Positions 28,888-37,690 of a DNA stretch of 64,000 bases are shown one piece after another. Position numbers and translations under genes: made by a program. This stretch comes from Acutalibacteraceae bacterium (lineage in GTDB: Bacteria; Bacillota; Clostridia; Oscillospirales; Acutalibacteraceae), in contig JAZQTZ010000052.1 of assembly GCA_045631105.1 (NCBI GenBank), positions 532 to 64,531 on the forward strand. Direction: 5' to 3'. The notes beneath the pieces are model-generated. The model ran no database searches, was not told the DNA's origin, and saw only the letters and a list, made by a program, of their open reading frames with translations. Each line of letters begins with the position of its first letter. Position 1 is the first letter of the stretch.

Positions 28888-31185
28888 TTATCCTGCGTAA
28901 TCGTTTACGTCCGTATTGGACTTGAAGTAGACGGTTATTGTTTTACCGTATTCCACCTCTGCTCCGGGTTCTTCGCTCTGGTCATAGGAAACAAGCTCTC
29001 CCGTATTCAAAGCATTACCCGAAATCTTGATATTTAAACCTGCCGCAAGGGCATATTTATTCGCCTGAGAAACCGTCATTTGTCTGAGATCCGGAACGGT
29101 TGCTGTCAGTCTTTCGGCATCGTTTTCCGTATACAGCACAACTATACCGTTTTTGGGCATTGTCTGCTGATATGCAGGCATCTGGGCGGTAACGATTTCG
29201 CCGTTACCGACGGTTTTAACTTCGTAGCCCTCTTGTCTGAGCGCCGCTCTTGCTTCGCCGATTGTTTTTCCGATAAGATTCGGAGCAGTAACATCAAGCG
29301 TTGCAAGTTCTTTTTCGGTATACTGTCTTTCAACATTGAGATATTCAAGTGTTTTTTCGATAACCTGCGCAGCAACGGGCGCACAGTTCTGACCGCCGTT
29401 AATCTGTCCGACAGGTTCGTCAACAAGAATGAGAATCGCAACTTTCGCATCATTTGCAGGCGCAAAACATCCGAACGAAGAAACATATTTGCCCTTATGG
29501 CCGAGTTTCTGGGATGTTCCTGTTTTGCCTGCAACTCTGTATCCCGAAACGAAAGCATTTTTACCTGTACCCTTTGAAACAACAGCTTCCATCATTTCGG
29601 CAACCGTCTGAGCGGTTTTTTCGGAAACAACCTGTCTTCTGACAACAGGTTCGGTTTCTTTTATAACATTTCCGTTTTCGTCAAGCTGTTTTGCGATAAG
29701 ATAGGGTTTCATTAGTTTTCCGCCGTTTGCGATTGCGCTGATAGCGGTAACCATCTGTATGGGTGTAACCTGGAACGACTGTCCGAAAGATGAACTTGAA
29801 AGTTCAACGATACCCATTTCCTCAAGCGGATGGTAGGTTACGCCGGGAACCGGAGTGCTTTCGGCAGGAAGGTCAATTCCTGTTTTTTCGGTAAATCCGA
29901 ATGCTTCGAAATATTCATAAAACTTTTCCGCACCAAGCTTCTGTCCTATTTTGATGAAGAACGGGTTACAGGAATTCATAAGTCCCTGCTGAAAATCCTG
30001 TGTTCCGTGACCGGTTCGTTTATGGCACTTAATAGTCCAGTCAGAAACCTGAATTTTACCCGTACATGTATGCGTTGTTTCGAGATTTGCAACGTTTTCT
30101 TCAAGACATGCCGCTGCAGTAACGATTTTGAAAACCGAACCAGGTTCATAGCTGTCGCTGACTATAAAGTTTCTCCATCTTGAATAAAGAAGTGCGTTGC
30201 GTTCCTTTGTTTTCTCTGCGGAATCTTCAAATGCTTCGAGAGCCTGCGTTTCCGCTTCCGTAAGACTCTGCGGATTGTTAAGGTCATAATTCGGCATGGA
30301 AGCCATCGCAAGAATTGCACCTGTGTTGACATCCATAACTATTCCGTATGCGCCCGCACCCTTTGAGTCGATATATGCCTGTTCAAGAGAATCTTCGAGA
30401 TATCTCTGAATAACCTCATCTATCGTCAGCACAAGTCCTGTGCCTCTGGTTGCATCATAATATGTTTCAAACTCCTGCTTCATAACGTCGCTTCTGCCGT
30501 TCTGAGCAGTAATTATTCTTCCCGGTGTACCCGTAAGAATGCTGTCATATTTAAGTTCAATTCCCGATCTTCCGATATCATCCGTACCTGTAAAACCGAT
30601 AACATTGGATGCAAGAGTACCGTAAGGATAATATCTCTTGACATCGGGATCAAGACCGATTGCGGAGCTGTAATAAATATGCTGTTCCTCGTTTTCGAGC
30701 ACGCCGTCATCATTCTTCTTGAAAATGTTATATTCGTAATAACCGTTCATCAATTCGGCAAGCTTTTCTTTTTCTTCAAACTCTATCTGTCTTTTTATAA
30801 CAAGATAAGCATAACCGCTTTTATCAGCTTTTGTTTTTATATCTTCAAATTCAACACCCGTAATTTCAGAAATCTTACGGCAAAGGTCATTTTTGAATTC
30901 TTCGTTTTCAGTCAAGGATTCTGCATTGGGTTTTATATATAATTTCCAGACGGATGCGCTTTTTGCAAGCACTGTTCCGTTAGCATCATAAATAACGCCT
31001 CGCTCTGCAGATATCTCTGTATCATGAAGCTGATTTCTCTCTGCTTTTTCTTTGTATTGTTCACTGTCTATAAGCTGAATTCTCGCAAGATTAGCGGCAG
31101 TTACACCGAAAATACCGACCGACAATGCAAGAAATACTGTCAGCGCTCTCATGAAAAGTCTTCTTTTGGGAGATATTTTATTCAA
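28888..31185 (-). CDS. spoVD: Class B penicillin-binding protein with PASTA domains (SpoVD/FtsI)
   Basis: EPGSVFK, SCN and KTG motifs plus two C-terminal PASTA domains. TTG start follows GGAAAGGA. Confidence 0.85.
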   Translation of the reverse strand: MNKISPKRRLFMRALTVFLALSVGIFGVTAANLARIQLIDSEQYKEKAERNQLHDTEISAERGVIYDANGTVLAKSASVWKLYIKPNAESLTENEEFKNDLCRKISEITGVEFEDIKTKADKSGYAYLVIKRQIEFEEKEKLAELMNGYYEYNIFKKNDDGVLENEEQHIYYSSAIGLDPDVKRYYPYGTLASNVIGFTGTDDIGRSGIELKYDSILTGTPGRIITAQNGRSDVMKQEFETYYDATRGTGLVLTIDEVIQRYLEDSLEQAYIDSKGAGAYGIVMDVNTGAILAMASMPNYDLNNPQSLTEAETQALEAFEDSAEKTKERNALLYSRWRNFIVSDSYEPGSVFKIVTAAACLEENVANLETTHTCTGKIQVSDWTIKCHKRTGHGTQDFQQGLMNSCNPFFIKIGQKLGAEKFYEYFEAFGFTEKTGIDLPAESTPVPGVTYHPLEEMGIVELSSSSFGQSFQVTPIQMVTAISAIANGGKLMKPYLIAKQLDENGNVIKETEPVVRRQVVSEKTAQTVAEMMEAVVSKGTGKNAFVSGYRVAGKTGTSQKLGHKGKYVSSFGCFAPANDAKVAILILVDEPVGQINGGQNCAPVAAQVIEKTLEYLNVERQYTEKELATLDVTAPNLIGKTIGEARAALRQEGYEVKTVGNGEIVTAQMPAYQQTMPKNGIVVLYTENDAERLTATVPDLRQMTVSQANKYALAAGLNIKISGNALNTGELVSYDQSEEPGAEVEYGKTITVYFKSNTDVNDYAG

Positions 31186-31321
31186 GCGGTTTCTTCCTTT
31201 CCAGAAAAATAAATAACGCTGTCCCAAAAACAGCATGCAAAATTCACAATTCCCGATAAACGATGCATCGGAAACGGTTTCTGCGTCCGTAAAATTGAGA
31301 CAGCCTCGACTATAACTCTTT

Positions 31322-31352
31322 AATGTATATGCCGTTGTTCTGCATGCATATG
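31322..31352 (-). promoter_or_regulatory. SigE-like promoter upstream of spoVD/ftsI
   Basis: Minus strand reads ATA-N17-CATATACAT. Confidence 0.5.
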
Positions 31353-31383
31353 CAATCAAGCAGGCAAAACGCCGCCGTTATTT

Positions 31384-31869
31384 TCAGTCGGCTGATTTTA
31401 CCTCTTCTTTCTCAACAGCTTTTCCGCCGGCAACAACTACTTCGTCGCCATCCGTGTTGCCGAAGTAGTGTATCTGATAGCGTTCAAGCTTATGCATACC
31501 CAAAACAGAAACCGCATATTCATCAACTTTATCAAGAGATACCGCCGAATTGAGCTGCATCACAAGTCTTGTGTTTTCGCTCTTAGCTTCTTTAATCTTG
31601 GTTGCCCAATTTTCAGCATCTCTCTCAAGCATTACCAACGAAATCTTTGAGAAAAGAACCGAGCCGAAAAGCAGAATAAGAATTGCTGAAACAACAAAAA
31701 GCTTTATCGCACGAGAAGCAGAGGCAACCGACTCATAACGAACCTTGGAAGCTCGCTGCGTTTTTTCTTGAACAGGTCTTTCTCTTTCAGGTTCCTGAAT
31801 CTCAGGTTTCAACGCCGGTAAATCATAAAACGATAAATCCAACGCTTCGCTGCGATTATAGTCTGTCAT
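31384..31869 (-). CDS. ftsL: Cell division protein FtsL-like
   Basis: Single TM, coiled coil, 'A...LGM' motif, located between rsmH and the PBP. Confidence 0.75.
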   Translation of the reverse strand: MTDYNRSEALDLSFYDLPALKPEIQEPERERPVQEKTQRASKVRYESVASASRAIKLFVVSAILILLFGSVLFSKISLVMLERDAENWATKIKEAKSENTRLVMQLNSAVSLDKVDEYAVSVLGMHKLERYQIHYFGNTDGDEVVVAGGKAVEKEEVKSAD

Positions 31870-31912
31870 CCTCTGTCACTCCTTTCATAAAGTCTGATAA
31901 ATCAAATAGGTT

Positions 31913-32851
31913 TTAAACGATTTTTTCAGCCGAGCGCAACTTTGCACTGCGGCTTCTGTTATTATCCGAAACTTCACCTGAACTCGGTGAAACAGCTTTC
32001 AGAACCTTTGCTCGCGGTGAATTGCCGCAAACACAAACAGGGAAATTTTTCGGACAAGTGCATCCCTTCGCAAACTCCGCAAACTGTTTTTTAACCGTTC
32101 TGTCTTCAAGTGAATGGAAGGTTATTATGCTGAGTCTGCCGTTTTTATTCAGACAGTCAAACATATCCTCGATAGCCGTATCAAGTCCGTTCAACTCGTT
32201 ATTCACAAAAATTCTTATAGCCTGAAATGTTCGGCGGGCGGGATGTCCGTCTCTTTTTGCCGCCGCTGGCATTGCCGATTTTATTATTTCCGAAAGTTCA
32301 AAAGTTGTTTCAATCGGCTTTGTTTCTCTTGCTTTAACAATCGCTCTTGCTATTGACGGAGCGAATTTTTCTTCGCCGTATTCATAGATAATCTTTTTCA
32401 GTTCATCCTGAGATAAAGTGTTCACCGCCTGCGCAGCACTCATCCCGTCAAGACTCATCCTCATATCAAGAGGAGCGTCATGATGAAAAGAAAAGCCTCT
32501 TGAAGGTTCGTCAAGCTGATAAGAGCTGACTCCGAGGTCGGCAAGTATTCCGTCAACCCCGTTTATGTCAAGAGAAGCAAGAATGTTTTTTATATTGAAG
32601 AAATTATCGTGAACCAGAGTTACGCATTCAAACGGAGCAAGTCTTTCTTTAAGAGTTGCTATCGCCTGAGGGTCTCTGTCTATGGCAATCAGCCGTCCGC
32701 CGTCAAGACGTTTGGCAATCGCAGTTGAATGACCGCCGCCACCCGATGTGCAATCAACGTAAATTCCGTCGGGCTTTATGTTTAGCGAATCGATGCTTTC
32801 TTCAAAAAGAACAGGAATATGTCTGAATTCGGGGATTTTGTTTTCACTCAT
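31913..32851 (-). CDS. rsmH: 16S rRNA m4C1402 methyltransferase
   Basis: [28 protein letters not shown] and RSRSAKLR motifs. Confidence 0.97.
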   Translation of the reverse strand: MSENKIPEFRHIPVLFEESIDSLNIKPDGIYVDCTSGGGGHSTAIAKRLDGGRLIAIDRDPQAIATLKERLAPFECVTLVHDNFFNIKNILASLDINGVDGILADLGVSSYQLDEPSRGFSFHHDAPLDMRMSLDGMSAAQAVNTLSQDELKKIIYEYGEEKFAPSIARAIVKARETKPIETTFELSEIIKSAMPAAAKRDGHPARRTFQAIRIFVNNELNGLDTAIEDMFDCLNKNGRLSIITFHSLEDRTVKKQFAEFAKGCTCPKNFPVCVCGNSPRAKVLKAVSPSSGEVSDNNRSRSAKLRSAEKIV

Positions 32852-32865
32852 AGCTTTATCCCCTA

Positions 32866-33300
32866 TCAGTTATAGTCCATGACGCTGAGATCAAAACTTG
32901 CTTCATTATAAGCCGAAGTGGTTTCAACCCATGCATCATAGTTCCAGAGTTCAACTCTGTTCATAATACCGACAACATAAACATCCTCAAGGAGATTTGC
33001 ATATTCCTTAAATTCATCGCCGATAGTAATTCTTCCCGATTTATCAACCGAAGCTTTATCAACTCTGTTTGCAAGCCAACGCTGAGCCGCAATAAGCTGA
33101 GTGCCGGAAAGTTTTGAGGTAAATTTCTCGTTAAATGCCTGCCAGCTGTCTTCCGACATGAGAAGGAGACAGGGTTCTTCATGGATTGATTTGAGAATAT
33201 AGACCGTTGAACCAAGCTTTTCTCTGAACGAAGGAGGTATGGCCATTCTGTTGACCTGATCAAATTTTCTTATTTCTTTTCCACAGGTTGTAAAATCCAT
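32866..33300 (-). CDS. mraZ: Transcriptional regulator MraZ (divergent)
   Basis: Two SpoVT/AbrB-like repeats ([17 protein letters not shown]), RVELW motif, and first position in the dcw cluster. Confidence 0.85.
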   Translation of the reverse strand: MDFTTCGKEIRKFDQVNRMAIPPSFREKLGSTVYILKSIHEEPCLLLMSEDSWQAFNEKFTSKLSGTQLIAAQRWLANRVDKASVDKSGRITIGDEFKEYANLLEDVYVVGIMNRVELWNYDAWVETTSAYNEASFDLSVMDYN

Positions 33301-33345
33301 TTTCCTCCTCCTTTCTGAAACGCTTTTTTCTTTCGAAGAATTAAG

Positions 33346-33385
33346 CAATCCCCTTAACTCTCCAAAACGCCCCTTTATCACCCTT
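33346..33385 (-). promoter_or_regulatory. Four 10-bp-period repeats, probable MraZ operator
   Basis: Minus strand AAGGGTGATA/AAGGGGCGTT/TTGGAGAGTT/AAGGGGATTG, just downstream of the dcw promoter. Confidence 0.7.
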
Positions 33386-33395
33386 AAGTAAACAC

Positions 33396-33424
33396 ATTAT
33401 AGCGTGTAACAATAATAATATCAA
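33396..33424 (-). promoter_or_regulatory. SigA promoter of the dcw cluster
   Basis: TTGATA-N17-TATAAT. Confidence 0.8.
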
Positions 33425-33585
33425 GGGTTTTTTCAAAAAAAATTAAAAAATTTTTGAGTTTTTTTATTTCCGAACAAGAAGATTGAAACCGTCTTGTTTT
33501 TTCGTTGTGCCATGCTCAAAAACCTACCACAAGATGTAGTTTTTTCGTAAAAAAAGACCGTCCGAAATAGAATCGGACGGTCTTT

Positions 33586-34449
33586 TTATGATGTCAGAAC
33601 AAGCATATCTTCAGGGCTGATATCAGGCTGAAGAGCGCAGTTGATTGCAAGAGATGTCAGTTTTGATGCCCTTTCGATCATCAGATCGATTTCTCGGGGT
33701 GTAACCATCATACTTTTTGCTTTGTCGGAAACAGCATCTTCCTTTCCCGTGCAATCCATAATCAGCGTTGCAGCATCAACAACAGTCGGTACTCCGATTG
33801 AAATCACGGGTACACCGATTGTTTTTTCGCTGATTTCCTGCCTTGAATTCCCCACTCCCGAACCCGGAACAATTCCCGTGTTGCACATCTGTATTGTTGT
33901 TCCGAGCCGCTCCGTGTTTCTTGCCGCAAGAGCATCAACGGTTATTACGATATCAGGCTTCAAGGTACGCACTATTCCCTTTATAATTTCTCCGGCTTCC
34001 GCACCTGTTTCTCCCGTAACTCCCGTTGAAACGGCACTTACGCAACGAAGTCCCGAAAGACCTGTTGACTTAAGCAACTCACCCGTTATATGTCTTGTTG
34101 CAAAAATCATTGATGCGCATTTCGGCCCAAGCGCATCGGGCGTTATCTTCATATTCCCGAGCCCGGCAACCAAAACGCTTCCTTTTTCAGGGATTATCCT
34201 CCTGATTTCATCCGATACTGCGCTGAGGCTGTCATCAATAAACTGCGGCTGACTTGCAAAAGGAGCAACCTCAACGGTAACATATCTGCCTATAGGTTTC
34301 CCCACCTTTTTTTCACCCTCGGAATTTATGACATCAATCCTCGTTATTCTTGCATCTTTCTCTTCAAGAGTTTCTATTTTTACTCCCTCAAGGGATTTTT
34401 TATCAATGTTTTCGCATCTTTCAAGTGCAAGATCTGTTCTGAAATTCAT
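33586..34449 (-). CDS. gpr: Germination protease GPR
   Basis: RTDLALE, GLGN..ITPDALGP, DALAAR, IGVPTVVDA and VTPREID motifs. Confidence 0.95.
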   Translation of the reverse strand: MNFRTDLALERCENIDKKSLEGVKIETLEEKDARITRIDVINSEGEKKVGKPIGRYVTVEVAPFASQPQFIDDSLSAVSDEIRRIIPEKGSVLVAGLGNMKITPDALGPKCASMIFATRHITGELLKSTGLSGLRCVSAVSTGVTGETGAEAGEIIKGIVRTLKPDIVITVDALAARNTERLGTTIQMCNTGIVPGSGVGNSRQEISEKTIGVPVISIGVPTVVDAATLIMDCTGKEDAVSDKAKSMMVTPREIDLMIERASKLTSLAINCALQPDISPEDMLVLTS

Positions 34450-34599
34450 ATTTTGAAATTACCTCTTGATTTTTTTCTCAATATTTAGTATTATAAATTG
34501 CAAAAACTTGCAAATCTTTTAAAGATTTTTTAAAAACTTCTTGCAATTACCGAAAAAATGTGTTATTATAATCACCTGTATGAAGAAGGAGGTGTCGTT

Positions 34600-34851
34600 A
34601 TGCCCAATATTAAGTCAGCTAAGAAAAGAGTTATAGTTAACAAGACCAGAGCTGCAAGAAATAAGTCACGCAACACAGCTCTTAAGACTGCTATCAAAAA
34701 GGCTCACGCAGCCGTTGAAGCAAACTCCCCCGAAGCAAATGCACTTGTTAAGGAAGCTATCAAGAAGGTTGATCAGGCTGCGGCTAAGGGTCTTATCCAT
34801 AAGAACAATGCTGCCCACAAGAAATCAGCTCTCGCAAAGCTCGTAAAATAA
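34600..34851 (+). CDS. rpsT: 30S ribosomal protein S20
   Basis: MPNIKSAKKR...KGLIHKNNAAHKKS. Confidence 0.98.
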   Translation: MPNIKSAKKRVIVNKTRAARNKSRNTALKTAIKKAHAAVEANSPEANALVKEAIKKVDQAAAKGLIHKNNAAHKKSALAKLVK

Positions 34852-34988
34852 GTTGCTTTCAAAATTTCAAAATTTTACTGAATGACCGTGGTTGTAAATT
34901 TTTTATGACCACGGTTATTAAGTTGTTGACATTCAATGACAATTAAGATATAATTTCTATTGTAATATTTATTTCGGAGGTATATCCC

Positions 34989-35141
34989 ATGAAGAAGGTT
35001 CTCAAAGTAGTAGGCATTATCCTCGCTGTTGCAGGCGTTGCAGCAGGCATTTATTTCGCTGTTAAAAAGTTCCTCGACAAGAAGAACCAGACAGCTGACC
35101 TCGAAGAAAACTACGTTTCCTGCTCATGCTGTGAAGCATAA
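34989..35141 (+). CDS. Small 50-aa single-TM protein with C-terminal CSCC (not in the ORF track)
   Basis: MKKVLKVVGIILAVAGVAAGIYFAVKKFLDKKNQTADLEENYVSCSCCEA. TTGACA(34926)-N17-TATAAT promoter, GGAGG RBS and a terminator hairpin at about 35154-35178. Confidence 0.85.
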   Translation: MKKVLKVVGIILAVAGVAAGIYFAVKKFLDKKNQTADLEENYVSCSCCEA

Positions 35142-35264
35142 CTGAAAAAATTCCCCCGTCATAACGACGGGGATTTTTCGTTTTTTAAGATTTTCTTAAT
35201 TTGCATCTGTTTTCATTGACAAACGCTGAAAATAGTCTATTATTTAATTGATGAGCCAACCGAA

Positions 35265-35630
35265 TTATTTTTCTTTCGGTTTTGCAACGAATGACGCTAT
35301 CAGTCCGCAAAGCACGGCAGCGGTTATCCCTCCTGATGAAGCAGTCAGAGCACCTGTAATAATTCCTCTTATACCCTGCTCTTTTATTGCAGATTCAACT
35401 CCCCTCGCCATGAGATAACCAAATCCCGTCAAAGGAACCGTTGCTCCTGCGCCTGCCCATTCAACAACAGGCTCATAAACCCCGATTGCAGTTAAGAAAA
35501 CACCCGCCGCAACAAATATAACAAGAATTCTCCCGGGAGTAAGTTTTGTTATGTCAATAAGAATCTGCCCTATGAGGCATATTCCGCCGCCAACAGCAAA
35601 CGCTTTTATTAAATCGGTTAATATTTCCAT
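35265..35630 (-). CDS. spoVAE: Stage V sporulation protein AE (SpoVAC/AEb family)
   Basis: KAFAVGGGICLIGQILID.TKLTP and AGAGATVPLTGFG motifs. Confidence 0.92.
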   Translation of the reverse strand: MEILTDLIKAFAVGGGICLIGQILIDITKLTPGRILVIFVAAGVFLTAIGVYEPVVEWAGAGATVPLTGFGYLMARGVESAIKEQGIRGIITGALTASSGGITAAVLCGLIASFVAKPKEK

Positions 35631-35784
35631 TGCACCAACCCGTTTCTTTTTTTTATATTATCAGCAAAGTTTTTGGATATATTCCCGATTTTTCGATTTT
35701 GGTATTGACAAAACAAACAAATATCAATAAAATTTATATTGTAGTTTCTCAGGGGGAACAAACATAATTTAAAGGAGAATTGAA

Positions 35785-36012
35785 ATGGTATTTGAAAATC
35801 TCAAAAAAATCATCAGCGAACAGCTCGAAGTTGATCAGAGCATCATTTCCGAATCATCAACAATAACAGGCGACCTTGGCGCAGACAGCCTTGACCTTGT
35901 TGACCTCGCAATGTCAATCGAAGATGAATTCGACATTGAACTTTCCGATGAAGCTCTCGACAAAATCAAGAATGTTGGCGACCTCGTTGCATACATCGAA
36001 GAAAAAATCTAA
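35785..36012 (+). CDS. acpP: Acyl carrier protein
   Basis: DLGADSLDLV motif, acidic 75 aa. Confidence 0.95.
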   Translation: MVFENLKKIISEQLEVDQSIISESSTITGDLGADSLDLVDLAMSIEDEFDIELSDEALDKIKNVGDLVAYIEEKI

Positions 36013-36086
36013 TCAGAAAAAACCGCAGTTCATCTGCGGTTTTCTTTTTTGACAGTTTTGATTTATTATGATAAAATATCACCGAG

Positions 36087-37211
36087 GTGTTCAATATGAT
36101 AATAAAAAACGCATTGGTTTACGGAAAAGATTTTAGCCCGGAAATTTCCGATATAGTAATTGAGAACGGAAAAATTATTTCTGTTAATAAAACCGATAAA
36201 GACGGTCTTGATTTTTCAGGCTGTGTTGTTTTGCCCGGATTTATTGATATTCATATCCACGGATGCAACATGGCAGATGCCACCGACGGCAAACCCGAAT
36301 CCGCAGGAGAAATGAGCAAATGGCTCGCCAAAAACGGAATAACATCCTTCTGCCCGACAACAATGACTCTCGGCATTGAAATGCTCAAAAAATGTTTCGG
36401 ATACATTGCTGAAACAATGGGTAAAGAAGAAGGTGCATATATACACGGCATAAACATGGAAGGTCCTTTCATCGCTCCTGAAAAAAAGGGAGCTCAGGCG
36501 GCAGAACATATTCTTGAACCTGACTTCGAAATTTTCAGCGAACTTAATTCAATCTGTCCTGTTAAGGTTGTTGACATTGCACCCGAAAGACCAACCTCTT
36601 TTGAATTCATTGAAAAAGCCAAAAACATTTGCACAATTTCAGCCGCACATACTACTGCGGATTATGAAACAGGCAAAAAAGCAATTGATGCAGGGATAAC
36701 TCATGCAACGCATCTCTATAATGCAATGAACGGTCTGACATCAAGAGAGGCGGGTATGGTCGGCGCTGTTCTCGACAGCGATAATGTTAATGCCGAAATG
36801 ATTTGTGACGGAATTCACATCTGCCCCGCAACATTGAGAATCACATTCAAAGCACTCGGTGAAGACCGCACGGTTGTTATCAGCGATGCAATGATGGCCG
36901 CAGGCCTTGATGACGGTGAATACACACTCGGCGGTCAGAAGGTTATCAAAAAAGATGGAGCTGCAAGACTTATCGACGGAACTCTTGCCGGAAGCAGCAC
37001 CAATCTCTTCGATGAATTCAAAAATCTTATTGCATTCGGAATCCCGCTTAAACAAGCTATAAAATCTGTCACAATCAACCCTGCAAAGGCGATCGGAGTT
37101 GATAATATAACAGGCAGCATTGAAGAAGGCAAGAATGCCGATCTTCTCATTTTATCTGATGATTTTTCAGAAATAAAAGCTGTATTTGTTAAAGGAAAAC
37201 GTATAATATAA
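36087..37211 (+). CDS. nagA: N-acetylglucosamine-6-phosphate deacetylase
   Basis: PGFIDIHIHG, EGPF, THLYNAM, DGIH and LAGS motifs. Confidence 0.95.
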   Translation: MFNMIIKNALVYGKDFSPEISDIVIENGKIISVNKTDKDGLDFSGCVVLPGFIDIHIHGCNMADATDGKPESAGEMSKWLAKNGITSFCPTTMTLGIEMLKKCFGYIAETMGKEEGAYIHGINMEGPFIAPEKKGAQAAEHILEPDFEIFSELNSICPVKVVDIAPERPTSFEFIEKAKNICTISAAHTTADYETGKKAIDAGITHATHLYNAMNGLTSREAGMVGAVLDSDNVNAEMICDGIHICPATLRITFKALGEDRTVVISDAMMAAGLDDGEYTLGGQKVIKKDGAARLIDGTLAGSSTNLFDEFKNLIAFGIPLKQAIKSVTINPAKAIGVDNITGSIEEGKNADLLILSDDFSEIKAVFVKGKRII

Positions 37212-37289
37212 TGTAATATGAAATATAACTTGCAAATAATATAATATATTATATTAACATGTCATAAATACACAATGAATATATACAGA

Positions 37290-37335
37290 CAAGTAAAAAG
37301 GCTTTACAGCAAAACGCTGTAAAGCCTTTTACTTG
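37290..37335. terminator. Long hairpin after nagA
   Basis: CAAGTAAAAAGGCTTTACAGC-AAAAC-GCTGTAAAGCCTTTTACTTG. Confidence 0.75.
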
Positions 37336-37339
37336 CACA

Positions 37340-37486
37340 TGTGGATAACTCCGTGGAAAAAGTGAATAACTCGATGTTTTATTTCTAATTTGACATTATA
37401 CACGTAAAGTTATTCACTTTACGATGCGTTTTGTTGACAAACAGGAACATTTTTATGCTGTATATACCGCATAAAAATGTGGATAA
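37340..37486. promoter_or_regulatory. DnaA-box cluster (candidate oriC or DnaA titration locus)
   Basis: Against TTATNCACA: two perfect boxes (37340, 37478), three with one mismatch (37361, 37396, 37410) and two with two mismatches (37352, 37432). Confidence 0.75.
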
Positions 37487-37690
37487 CTTATGCAAGTTTT
37501 AAGTTCAGAACTTGCATTTCTTGTTTTAACATGATTTTTGTGCAGCAGACATATTGCATTTTAATGATATTCAACCAAAGGATTTTTCACCTTAAATCAA
37601 ATAATTCAAAGCAAGAAAAAGCCCCCAACATCAGATGATGTCGGGGGCAGATTTTATTTAGTTGCCATTTATTTCGGATTAATCAGAAAC

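Noticed and set aside
33527-33542. NrdR-box-like sequence CCACAAGATGTAGTTT
   Set aside because: It is a single box with four mismatches and there is no nrd gene nearby. NrdR sites usually occur in tandem.
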